64,000 bases of DNA from Octopus sinensis (Eukaryota). Position 1 is the stretch's first letter. Each line of letters starts with the position of its first letter. Below, one piece after another: positions 45,598 through 57,510 of the stretch. The position numbers and the translations under genes are program-made. The notes under the pieces were generated by a model. The model was given only the letters and a program-made list of their open reading frames with translations. It was not told the origin of the DNA and ran no database searches. The DNA lies in assembly GCF_006345805.1 (NCBI RefSeq), contig NC_042998.1, positions 200,880,001 to 200,944,000 on the forward strand. The letters run 5' to 3'.

Positions 45598-47572
45598 GTG
45601 TTGACCATATCACCTAGTGAAATTACATATGTCGCATAAAACTGAGCTTTGTTACTGTTCGTATTGCAGATGATGCAGCGCTTTGGTATATGCTTCCCTT
45701 CTTAACTTTGGTAAAGTATCCTAGTCCTTTCCTGAAGCGCAAAAATAAAACTAATCTTTCCTATCTACAAGTTATTTGTGGAGTTCCTTTGACAATATTG
45801 TTTATACTAATCAGAAATCCATAGCAGACAATTCGGTATCTCTAAGTGTTAAACTTTTGGGGGAAAACACTGACGTTAGCTACAAATCACGTTCTGCCAT
45901 CATGAAATATAAGGAAGGTTATTGCATAATGTTCCTTTGAATAAAACCTTATGAAGAACGGAAAAGCAGACAGCCTGAGCAGTAACACCAAGAGTATCGC
46001 GAAAATATTGTTGTGTCTGAAATAAATTCCTCGGGAACATTCATTTCTTTATTATTAAATTTCAAGTACTTTCCTTGTCTACAGACGAATGATAATGTAG
46101 AAATGAGATACAATTTAATACATTTCAAGCTTGTATATGTGTTAATTACGTCAATGTTTGATCACCAAGACATCTTACTTGAATTACCTGAGTAGATCTT
46201 TATTATATATATACATCCTAAATATAAACTTATTCAATGAAAATGCCGAAACATCTTAAATATGACGACTTTCATCTTCGCTTTTCAAAATAATTTTTGC
46301 TCGTTTTATTGGTTTTTGCTTTTCTATATTTCACAGGAGCCATGTTGCAAAAAATATCACTTTACACTTTGTAAACAAAATTGGAATTTTTTAGGCTTAA
46401 GCGGAATATATGAAGATATAAAAATGAGAAACCGAAGTTGGTTAGCATGTAACATGGTATAACAGATAAGTTTCTTTTATGAATCAAATATTTTGGAGGA
46501 AATGAAATCGTTAGAGATATTTAGGTAGCTATATGACTTCTTCCAGTTAATCACTTCTCTGTATTTACTCAAATATATATTTTCTACAGGTTGTAAAGGC
46601 AATAATTGAAAGGTACATAATTAATGAAGATACCAAATACAGAGATGAATAGGCACATTGCCAGTTAAGTAGTAAAAGACACAAATAATGTTAATTAAAC
46701 AAGTGTTATAACGAGAAATTTGAGTGAAGAATTAGAATATAATCTAGGTGTATATATTCATGCGTATATCCATGAATAAAGACCTATGAAAGAGAGAGAG
46801 AAAGAAAGAGAAAGAGAGTGAGAGTGTGAGCAAGAAAGAAACGCGGCGAGAGACAGACAGACAAAAACAGACAGGTAGCTACATTAAAAACCAGGTAGAT
46901 AGATAAATATTTACTTAAAAATTCAACAGCATAAATTAGATAATCTATTTTGTGTAACGAAAAAAATCTTCAAATCAGTTATGCAAAAAGATAATTTAAT
47001 TCGGAAATAAGTGATGATACTCTTTAGGATGAATACGACAGTTATGAGAAGAGATTTCTTTTTCACATTCACCACTCTTTCATTTTTTCATCTTCTTCCC
47101 ATCCAAAATCATTACTTTCGTTTTTCTCTCTCTCTCTTCAAACACATAAGACACACATGCGCACACACAAACACACACACACACATATACATATATATAT
47201 ATATGTATATATATATATATGTGTATATATAAAAAGATATATATATATATATGAGAGACAGAAATGAATAAACAGACATATAGATACAAAGATGGATAGT
47301 TATATACAAGCTTCCCATATTAAATAAAATGCGAGGTATTCAAAATATATAATTTATTCACTTGAGTTTCATAGAATTGCTTCAATTTCCATATAGACGA
47401 CTTTGATGGAAACACAATACCGGCTGAAAATGAATTAAAAATTTTCATTCCTTTTCTAGTTGCTGGAGAAATAGGGAAATTTCACGTGCGTGTATACGTA
47501 CTAGGTAGGTTTACAGGCAGAGAGACGCACAAATACAGACATATATGTATATACATATATAACATATTTGTT

Positions 47573-47617
<45 letters not shown>

Positions 47618-47896
47618 ATATGTATATAGTAAATATATGCATATATATAAAAATATACATATATACATATATATATATATATGTATATTTATAAATATGA
47701 TATATATATATACATTCAGATATATATATATATATAAATATATGTGTATAATTTAAAGAAGAGCCACCATGTAGCGATTCAACAATGATATAATTAAATC
47801 ATACCATATAGAAAAAAATTAAAGATGCGATAAAACATTTACCTAGAACTAAATGAAGTACGAAATAATAAATAAATAGTATATAATTAGTAAATA

Positions 47897-47977
47897 GACT
47901 ACACGTGTTTCGTGGATATATTTTCAAACTGATAGTAGTATAATCAATTCAATTTAATTATAGTGACTAATCAGGTC
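47897..47977 (-). ncRNA. Degenerate type-I hammerhead in an AT-rich pLTR-like remnant (approx. 47750-48262)
   Basis: Minus strand reads gac CTGATTA gt...ac GAAA CACGTG TA gtc. Stem I gac/gtc and palindromic stem III are present, but the core has a G-to-T change and stem II is weak. Confidence 0.45.
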
Positions 47978-48257
47978 CAAGATGAAAACAATAAAATAAT
48001 CATCTTATGCGAAAATATAAATATATGTAAACATACGTAATTTTTCTATAAAAATTCGAACAAAATTCAACAATATATTTTAAAATAAAAACACGAAATA
48101 TCTTATCAAATATATTCTGTTAACTAAATTTTTAAACATAATACGTAGGACTTATTGCTTATAATAAATTTATGTTAGTAAAAACATGGTGTAAATAAAA
48201 TTAGAATAAATAGATATGAATATTTATTTTATCTATGAATTAAAACAAAATACTTCA

Positions 48258-48299
<42 letters not shown>

Positions 48300-48357
48300 A
48301 TTGGTGAATTGAGGAAATGGAGCTGAACGCAGATTGAACAGAAATCGTTTTATTTCA

Positions 48358-48437
48358 TTCTACACGTGTTTCGAAAGGCACAAATTACCAAAATCCGATT
48401 GAATAATGGGACCATATTGTGTCTTTCTCTTCAGGAA
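48358..48437 (-). ncRNA. Type-I hammerhead ribozyme in the inverted pLTR of element 1
   Basis: Reverse complement of 50602-50681. Confidence 0.85.
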
Positions 48438-48466
48438 GAAAAAAGGAAATCCGTTAGAGAAACAAA

Positions 48467-50004
48467 ATGGGCATGAGTATAGTTTTTGATAATGAACTCA
48501 CCAAGGCTAATTTCCTAGACGTTACACTTAACCTTAATAGCGACTCATACTGCCCTTACCATAAGCCTTCCACTAATTTGAAGTATGTCAGTGTCTTCTC
48601 AAATCATGCCAAAACCGTAACAGACAATTTGGTTAAAAACATCTCTCTAAGATTGTCTGGCTTGTCCGCCAGTGCCGATATTTTTATGCAGAAAGCGGAA
48701 TTTTATAACGCCGCACTGTCCAAGGCCGGTTATAGGCAGAAGGTAATTTATATTGATCCGGCCCTTCCGATGCCATCATTCGGTCATCAGGATAGGGCCG
48801 TATATAATAACATTAACATTTTAAGTAAGGACGGGAGCGCGGCGGATGCCGGGGTAGTCGCTCCCGCATTTAATTTAGCGAACAAGGATAATTATCGGTC
48901 CGGGAGGTCTTACACTAACCCAAGACCCGTTATTTATCCGAGAATCACCCACCAGAGTGCGAGAGCTAGCGTCCCGACCCATCACACTGATAGGAATAAG
49001 CATATATGGTTTGTAATCCCCTTGGTAAGCAGATTAGAACTAACCTCCCCCTCTTGTTTAGACAAGCCATCGCCAATAACTTCCCCAGAAATTCCAAATA
49101 TTACTCCACGGTTAACTCACATAAAGTTAGGATAGCTTTCTCCAACACTAAAAACCTCGCCCAGATAATCGCCTCCCATAATAATAGGCTAACTTACTAC
49201 GACCCTATCACCTTTTTCCGGAGGCACAGCCTCTTCCGCTCCCGGTTAATGCTCAGTAGGAATAATTATAGTAGTAATAATGATATGAGAGCCAGTACAG
49301 TGACACATAATCTCAGCTCCAGCCAGGGAGTACCCACTAGGGGTATAGTTATAAATAGGGGTGTTGTGGTTGACGGTAACAATGGGAGTAGGGTAGAGAG
49401 CCCCAATAGCAACCCCAGCATCATTTCCCGCAATAGCAGCACCACGGGCACTAGCATGACAGTACTCTGATAGATAGTGGAGAATCAGGGTTATTCCTAT
49501 AGTTAATAGTGACGTAGTGGAAAATAGAGTAGTAAGCGGCTGCAGGTCTCGGAACGAATATAGTGACAGGAACGCAGTTCTAATTTCAGAAACTAATCCT
49601 AGCAGATTAAGATTTACGTCGGCGAACTCCAAGATCAAAAAACGCCGTCTACCAATGCAAGGTTTACAACGGACTCAGATGTCTTCACTTATGTAGGGGC
49701 ATCATCCTCAAGATTGTCTTTGCGTGTCTCCAATCATTACGCAACTTTTCGGGACGTGAACAAGCGCCAGACCACGGACTCAGTAAGCTAATATGGCGAC
49801 TGAAGGATACGAACTTAAGCTACAGGCTGGAATGGTCAATTTTGTCGGTGGCCCTCCCATTTGATAGGGGCAGAAGACAGTGTAACCTTTGTGTCTCCGA
49901 ACTCTTCCATATTTTGTTTGCCAGAGGCCGGATGGTAAACGGCTCTTACAGTCGGCTTTTCGATGCCCCCATTGGCGGCGTTACACTTATCTGGCTTTTA
50001 AATA
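48467..50004 (+). pseudogene. Frameshifted C-terminal part of PLE polyprotein (RT thumb, long linker, GIY-YIG endonuclease)
   Basis: ORFs 48467..49135 and 49006..49470, plus manual translation of 49640-50004 across single-base frameshifts. Confidence 0.8.
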
Positions 50005-50601
50005 GCGTTTATAAATAATACCGGCACCCATAGCCCTTGGTAACAAATTCTGAAATAGCCTTTAGATATCTACGATTATCCACTGCAAGGGGAATTACTC
50101 CTGTAAGACAAACGGGGCTTGGTTTTCCACAGGGGGGGGGTTTCCTTGACAAGGCAGGCTCAGATGAACACACACACACAATAAAACATAATATATATAT
50201 ATTTTTTTCTTTCTGCCACCCAACGGTTATCACGGCAGTAGCCACTGACAGCCGAACGATCAAACGCACACACGTACACAAAAAGTGTTTTCTACCCCTA
50301 CGCCAACACACACATATATAGAACAGTATACACACACACACGTCTCTAAGTAGATTTTTTCTCGCCCCTTATAAAACATCAAATATTCCTTAAATAGTCA
50401 GAACTTTATTCGGTCACTAAGAACATCTATACACCCTCACCCACATGATTGACCGATGCCTGACCTGTAGAATTCTTCAGCCACCGGTTCTCAGCAAACA
50501 CTGATAAACAGTTTCGCCATGGGCTCTTAGGAGCACAGTTCGATTTGGTTTTTGCTCCGCCTCTGTTCTGTTTTTGTTTCTCTAACGGATTTCCTTTTTT
50601 C

Positions 50602-50681
50602 TTCCTGAAGAGAAAGACACAATATGGTCCCATTATTCAATCGGATTTTGGTAATTTGTGCCTTTCGAAACACGTGTAGAA
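50602..50681 (+). ncRNA. Type-I hammerhead ribozyme in the 3' pLTR of element 1
   Basis: ttc CTGAAGA GAAAGaCACAA...TTGTGcCTTTC GAAA CACGTG TA gaa: stem I ttc/gaa, long stem II, palindromic stem III, GTA triplet. Confidence 0.88.
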
Positions 50682-50947
50682 TGAAATAAAACGATTTCTG
50701 TTCAATCTGCGTTCAGCTCCATTTCCTCAATTCACCAATAATGTTTTAATTTCAATTATCCGCACCAACGCACGGTTGCAACGCCAGATGGTTGTACCTC
50801 CAACCGTGCTGTTTACTGCTGTGATTTTTGCTACTAAGGTATCGGTTAACTTTTGATTAATCTACAACAAGATTATTCATCTTTCTATTTCACATTATAT
50901 AATATATATATATATAATATATATATATATTATATATATATATAATC

Positions 50948-52600
50948 TCTATACAATATGTTACATTACTCGGTAGTCAAGATAAAACTCTGAGTTTCAG
51001 ATGCCGAAGTGGAAATCCACAACACCATCTCTTCGGTATCTGGCTATTTGAAAACGTTATGAAAAAATACCGTTAAAAATGAAGGGAAATTACTCTGTTA
51101 TAACTCTGCTTTGCCTGCGTACTTATACATCGCTCGCATTTTTCGTCATAAAAATTATATAAAAATACATAAAAATATAATAAAAAATATAAAAATATAT
51201 AAAATCTTCTTGGGACATAACACAGAAAGCATGTTCTATCCGTTTTCTTAGGGGACCAAAAACGTAACAGAAATTTAGTCACATGTGGGCATGATCCGAA
51301 AAGCTCTGTCCTTGTATTTAGACATGTGGTAGGGTCTAAGCTGCTTTTCCAGATAAGCCATCTCTCCATGTCGCATAAACCGCACCTTCCGCTGCCGTTA
51401 GTATAGGGCTTACATCTGGCCAAAATCTTCCATTGTATGTTATAATCGACACCTTTATCTCTTAAAGACCAATATGATTGGATAATTGTGTCGCTTTTCT
51501 TTTGTTCCAGTGCCTAAAGCTCAAGTGTGGTTATTGAACCTGGCCTTGAAATTACCCTCTGTCAGGCCCACGTATTTCTTCGTCGAAACGGTGTGTTTAG
51601 TGGTTATAGAGTTTACGGTAGCTTCATATATGATGGTCTTGGACATGCAAGCTCCATTTAGCGGGCACAATTCTTTATTCCTGCATGAACAGCTGTTTTT
51701 CTTCTTGTGTTTTTTGTATGTTATGATTGATTATGTTTTTAAAATTGGTAGTTGAACTAAAACTAATTTTTAAATTGTGTCTATTAAAGAGTTTCCTATA
51801 AGCATGGTTAACTGGAAAATGTCTATCTATCAGTGCTAGGAAATATTTACCTATATTTGAAGGCCACCTCGGGTGAGTAAGGGGGCGTAAACCAGATGAC
51901 CTTCCTATTTCTATTATTCCTTTTCCTTATTGTGGGCTGGTGATAGTGTTATTTTATTTTTCGCTAAAACCACTATCTTTTAAAGCTTTATTATAAACTG
52001 GGGCAACGCTATTGAAGATGTCCTCATTAGATGAGAGGCTAGAGATCCTCTTACTAATATTTTTAACTAAATTTTTGAATACTATAGGGGATGGCATGAA
52101 CCTACATTAATATAACTTAGTCTATCATTGGGCTTCCTATAAGGCTTATAAATATTATTATTAAGATCTAAGGAAACGTCTAAGAAATTGACAACCGTCA
52201 GGTTAGTGTCTATAGTTATACTAAGTCCGAAGTGTTTCATTAACTGGATAATATCCTTCCTAAAACGATCTTGTGCTGGTCCATTTGTATTAGCTGTTAA
52301 GGCGAGGGCATCATCTTGTAGATGGCGAAATGTACGTTAGGGAATGTCTTACCGAAGGTATCTAGGAGAAAGAGTCCAATTAGATCACAGATGCCTGCCC
52401 CATCATATGAACCCATGCTCACATCGAAAGCGCCCTCCGTGTCGGTGTTTTTACCCACTTTGCATTCTCACTGAAAAGTAATGTCTTCTAGCATGGAAGA
52501 TTATATCCTTATCATTGGTACTAATTTCTATGAAGTCACTAGCGAAGATTAGGGCTTTATCTAGCAGTTCTTTAGAGATAGAGGCATAAAAATCAACAAT
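50948..52600 (-). mobile_element. Inverted 1.65-kb duplicate arm of Penelope-like element 2
   Basis: Near-identical reverse complement of 52903-54555. ORF 51073..51423 encodes the GIY-YIG C-terminus (RCGLCDMER...LNTRTELFGSCPH). Confidence 0.92.
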
Positions 52601-52629
52601 GGACTCTTTCTCCTAGATACCTTCGGTAA

Positions 52630-54270
52630 ACTTAAATTAGATAAAAAAATAGAAACCCTCCCCCAAAAAGAGGCCTTTATTACTATTAAAGACCACAAAG
52701 AAAACTTCCTTTCCAACCCTAAATGTAGGCTTATCAAACCAGCCAAGTCAGAACTAGGGATTATTAGCAAAGAAATTTTAGATAAAATAAATACGAAAAT
52801 TAAGACCGATACTAGGCTAGTGCAATGGTCCAATAGTATAGAAGTCGTAGACTGGTTTAAAGCTATTAAGAATAAGAAAAAGCGAGGTTTACATAATTCG
52901 ATATTGTTGATTTTTATGCCTCTATCTCTAAAGAACTGCTAGATAAAGCCCTAATCTTCGCTAGTGACTTCATAGAAATTAGTACCAATGATAAGGATAT
53001 AATCTTCCATGCTAGAAAGACATTACTTTTCAGTGAGAATGCAAAGTGGGTAAAAAACACCGACACAGAGGGCGCTTTCGATGTGAGCATGGGTTCATAT
53101 GATGGGGCAGGCATCTGTGATCTAATTGGACTCTTTCTCCTAGATACCTTCGGTAAGACATTCCCTAACGTACATTTCGCCATCTACAAAGATGATGCCC
53201 TCGCCTTAACAGCTAATACAAATGGACCAGCACAAGATCGTTTTAGGAAGGATATTATCCAGTTAATGAAACACTTCGGACTTAGTATAACTATAGACAC
53301 TAACCTGACGGTTGTCAATTTCTTAGACGTTTCCTTAGATCTTAATAATAATATTTATAAGCCTTATAGGAAGCCCAATGATAGACTAGTTATATTAATG
53401 TAGGTTCATGCCATCCCCCTATAGTATTCAAAAATTTAGTTAAAAATATTAGTAAGAGGATTTCTAGCCTCTCATCTAATGAGGACATCTTCAATAGCGT
53501 TGCCCCAGTTTATAATAAAGCTTTAAAAGATAGTGGTTTTAGCGAAAAAATAAAATATACACCTATCACCAGCCCAACAATAAGGAAAAGGAATAATAGA
53601 AATAGGAAGGTCATCTGGTTTACGCCCCCTTACTCACCCGAGGTGGCCTTCGATATAGGTAAATATTTCCTAGCACTGATAGATAGACATTTTCCAGTTA
53701 ACCATGCTTATAGGAAACTCTTTAATAGACACAATTTAAAAATTAGTTTTAGTTCAACTACCAATTTTAAACATAATCAATCATAACATACAAAAAACAC
53801 AAGAAGAAAACAGCTGTTCATGCAGGAATAAAGAATTGTGCCCGCTAAATGGAGCTTGCATGTCCAAGACCATCATATATGAAGCTACCGTAAACTCTAT
53901 AACCACTAAAGACACCGTTTCGACGAAGAAATACGTGGGCCTGACAGAGGGTAATTTCAAGGCCAGGTTCAATAACCACACTTTGAGCTTTAGGCACTGG
54001 AACAAAAGAAAAGCGACACAATTATCCAATCATATTTGGTCTTTAAGAGATAAAGGTGTCGATTATAACATACAATGGAAGATTTTGGCCAGATGTAAGC
54101 CCTATACTAACGCAGCGGAAGGTGCGGTTTATGCGACATGGAGAGATGGCTTATCTGGAAAAGCAGCTTAGACCCTACCACATGTCTAAATAAGGACAGA
54201 GCTTTTCGGATCATGCCCACATGTGACTAAATTTCTGTTACGTTTTTGGTCCCCTAAAGAAAACGGATAG
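52630..54270 (+). pseudogene. PLE RT / GIY-YIG polyprotein, 5'-truncated, with single-base frameshifts
   Basis: ORFs 53083..53403 and 53836..54171 plus manual translation of the flanking frames. The 3' end is approximate. Confidence 0.85.
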
Positions 54271-54459
54271 AACATGCTTTCTGTGTTATGTCCCAAGAAG
54301 ATTTTATATATTTTTATATATTTTATATATTTTTATGTTTTTATATAATTTTTATGACGAAAAATGCGAGCGATGTATAAGTACGCAGGCAAAGCAGAGT
54401 TATAACAGAGTAATTTCCCTTCATTTTAACGGTATTTTTTCATAACGTTTTCAAATAGC

Positions 54460-54523
54460 CAGATAACCGAAGAGATGGTGTTGTGGATTTCCACTTCGGC
54501 ATCTGAAACTCAGAGTTTTATCT
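54460..54523 (+). ncRNA. Variant hammerhead-like motif in the pLTR of element 2 (mirror copy at approx. 50980-51042 on the minus strand)
   Basis: agataa CCGAAGA GATG...CATC tGAAA C-TCAGA-G TT ttatct: 6-bp stem I and a stem II, but the core reads CCGAAGA instead of CTGANGA and there is an extra T before GAAA. Confidence 0.5.
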
Positions 54524-54631
54524 TGACTACCGAGTAATGTAACATATTGTATAGATAAATTTCCTCTATTTACATAATATTGAGGTCTCTTTCTTTATTT
54601 TGCTATCTTACTGTTTTATCAATATATATAT

Positions 54632-54683
<52 letters not shown>

Positions 54684-54684
<1 letters not shown>

Positions 54685-55310
54685 AACTCAGCTGCTGGAC
54701 CTGATTGATTTCCAGCGATCCTTCTCAAATCTGGCAAACGAGCCCTTGCAAAACCGCTACAGCTTCTTTTACAGAGCTTTCTTGCAAGTGGTAAGCTCCA
54801 AGTCAAATTGAAAGATGGGATAATATGCCCTATCCATAAGGGAGGAAGCAGAGCAGATGCTAAAAAGTATAAGTCTGTCTCTCTGACCTCACACATCAGC
54901 AAAATCATGGAACGAATAGTCCACAAGAAATTAATTATTTTCCTTGAAGGACATTACTTGCCGATTGACATCCAGCATGGATTTCGAACAGTTAGAAGCT
55001 GTCTAACACAGCTCCTGCAACACTATGACTGGGTGTTAAAACAGCCACTAAATGGCTCAAGTGTGGATGTGATATATCTCGACTTTGTAAAAGCCTTTGT
55101 AAAAGTCGACCATGGTATGAGCTGTCACAAACAGCGTGATCACGGCATAGGGGGAAAGCTTGGAGAGTGGCTGCACAGCTTCCTAAAAGATAGAAGGCAG
55201 GCAGTAGTGGCCAATGGAGAGCCACCTCCAAGGAAACACAAATAACAAGTTGTGTTCCACAGGGCACTGTCTTGGGGCCACTGCTGTTCATAGTGGCCCT
55301 TTCAGACATG
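54684..55310 (+). pseudogene. Non-LTR (CR1/L2/Jockey-group) reverse transcriptase fragment
   Basis: AAGPD, ICPIHKGGSR...YKSVSLTSHISKIMERIV, QHGFR..RSCLTQLL, VDVIYLDFVKAFVKVDH, VPQGTVLGPLLF. Confidence 0.9.
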
Positions 55311-55319
55311 AAAAAATGA

Positions 55320-57510
55320 CTGAAAAGGAAATTTTAAAATATATATTAATTTGACCGGTTTCACTCGTTTAGAAAAAGATTGTCAAAAGAAAACTGTAGA
55401 GCCTTGTATAAACTTTTGTGTGAAGTACTGGTTTCTTCCATTTTTATCTCATTGATATTTATTTTTTTTACATTTCCCTCCTTTTCCAGTAATGGATAAT
55501 AACTACTTTAAGACAATATCAAAACTATCTTATGACGAAATGAGAGAAATTATAAAAAATTGGTAGATCATCACCAAAACTTGAGGACCTAAAACAACAG
55601 AAAGGGACAAGAATTAGCTGAATATTTGAAACTGCTTGGAACTGCAACAAAAATGTTTCTGCGATTGTCCTACAACTACCGCACAAACTACAACAAAACG
55701 CTCCTTTGGGTCTCATGTTTGCTATTTTCTGTATCTAGTGAAAGTGCGTGGGTTAAAGGAAGATCTGGTTTAAATAACTTGCCCAATCTTTCAGCAAACT
55801 GAAACGATCGGCCGTGCATTATGAAAGCTAAATAACATCGCAAATATTTGGATAAACACGAATCAACTTGCTCTTAGACAAACAGACATCTGTCAGCATT
55901 GAAATTCTCAATAAAAAGGTTAAAGAGAACAAAGATATATTTAACAATTGATTTCTGCTACTTGTTTCTTGATTAAACAGGAACCTGATTTTTGTGGAGA
56001 TAATGAACAGAAATTATCGTTAAATCATGGAAACTATGTTGAATTACTGAACTATGCTTCAAAATTTGATAAAAAATTGGCACATCCTTTACAGAATTTG
56101 TCAGTTTTTTTCTGGCCGTTCTGATACAAAATGGCTTGATAGAATCAGTAGTCTCGATCGTAGAAAATGATATTAAAGAAGTCGTAATAGTCTCATCAAT
56201 TGCCATTGTAGTGGGTGAAACGACAGATATTTCATGTACAGTTCAGTCTTTTACAGTATTGAAGTACGTGTTGGATTCTGATATGAAAGAAGTTTTTATA
56301 AGTTTTGACATTCTTAAGTACAGAATACATGGAGGTGTAACAGAATATATATTCAATAATTTGTATATATCCGACTGTTGTGAGAAACTTGTACGATTGG
56401 GCAATAGTGATGGAGACAATGGTGTTCAAATTAAAGTAAGAAAAAAAGCACCAACAGCTTTATTTACTCATAAGCTAAATCTTTTTTCCCCTTTCAGCCA
56501 GCAAAATTCATAACTAAATGTACAAGGTTTTTGAAGACCAGTGAAACACTAGCCTTGTTTTTCTGTCACTCTACAAAACGAACGCAATTTCTTGATGAGG
56601 TAGTGAGAAAACGCATTCAAAAGGCAGCACCAACGAGATGGACATCGAATTCAAAACTAATCCAGGTTATTTTACAATACTATGGGGACCTTTGCAAACT
56701 CTTCAACAATATGAACAATGATCCTATGTTGAGGCATCCAGATACGTTAGTGAGAAGCAATGGGCTTTCATTAAAACCGACATCATTTTAATCTACTACA
56801 AACCGAAATGATAAACATTTCATACTGCATTGAGAGGATTAATAGAACAATATAAATGAAGATCTACCAAAAATTTTCGAGGATGAATATGTAAAGTTTG
56901 AAGAATGCTGCAGTGAAAATAACTTAACTGAATCAAATACTCACAAGAAAGGTTCAGAAGAAATAATGGGAATATTTGGTCTAATTTTGACATAGTAAAA
57001 TTTCCTGATTTCAAAAACTTTAAATTTCATTTGAGTATTTGATGAAAAAAATGTCAAGTTCTTACTTGCCAAGTTGATAGGGGTGCATTTGAAAATTTAG
57101 AAAAGAACGATGGAAACTTTTTCGACATCATAAGACTGAAAACGGATTTCGCTTGTATTTACAATGCAGAAGTGTTTTGAGAAAAATTCGTTAATACATT
57201 GCTTGACTTTATATTTGAAAATGAACAAACCCAAACGTTCCCTGAAGCTGGGAAGTTGCTTCAATTAATCTTGACATTTCTTGCTACAACTGTTTCATTT
57301 TCTGGTTTGAAAAGAATTAAGAACTACACAAGGAACAGAATGACAAATCAAAGACTCTCGTTACTTGCTTTAATATCAATTGAAAAGGAAAAAAATTGAC
57401 AAAATGGAGCAAGACCCTACTTTCAATTTATATGAAAAAGTAGCTGAAATTTTTGCTACAACGAAAGAGGGAAGAATGTAATTCATGCACAAATATGCTA
57501 CTACAATAAA
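55320..57510 (+). mobile_element. Decayed hAT-superfamily transposase (ZMYM1/DUF4371-like)
   Basis: AIVVGETTDISCTVQ (cf. DETTD), FFCHSTKRTQFL, APTRWTS, and hAT dimerisation domain FPEAGKLLQLILT...SFSGLKRIKNYTRNRMTNQRLSLLALISIEKE. Many stops; no TIRs recognised. Confidence 0.85.

Larger units (their letters stand above)
48291..50897 (+). mobile_element. 5'-truncated Penelope-like element 1 (Naiad-like) with inverted 5' pLTR copy
   Basis: RT end/thumb NFLDVTLNL...PYHKP...SNHA, IWF, IIASHN; GIY-YIG remnant AVYQCKV..TYVG..R..NH..LSKLIW.L..W.IL..CNLC..E..CPH. 48291-48467 is the reverse complement of 50572-50748. (TA)n flanks. Confidence 0.9.
52630..54622 (+). mobile_element. 5'-truncated Penelope-like element 2 (Naiad-like RT plus C-terminal GIY-YIG)
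   Basis: AFITIKDHKENF..PKCRLIKPAKSELG, QWSN..EVVDWF, FDIVDFYASI, MGSYDGA, IYKDD, NFLDV, IWFTPPYS, CSCRNKELCPLNGAC, IIYEATV..KYVGLTE..FKARFNNH. Ends at (TA)n. Confidence 0.93.

Noticed and set aside
49468-49473. In-frame TGA in element 1 as selenocysteine
   Set aside because: It is followed immediately by TAG in a low-complexity linker, which a frameshift explains better.
52630-54420. Selenoprotein / SECIS, as reported for some Naiad elements
   Set aside because: The conserved Cys positions I read are TGT/TGC, not TGA. The ATGA at ~54355 has no convincing SECIS helix.
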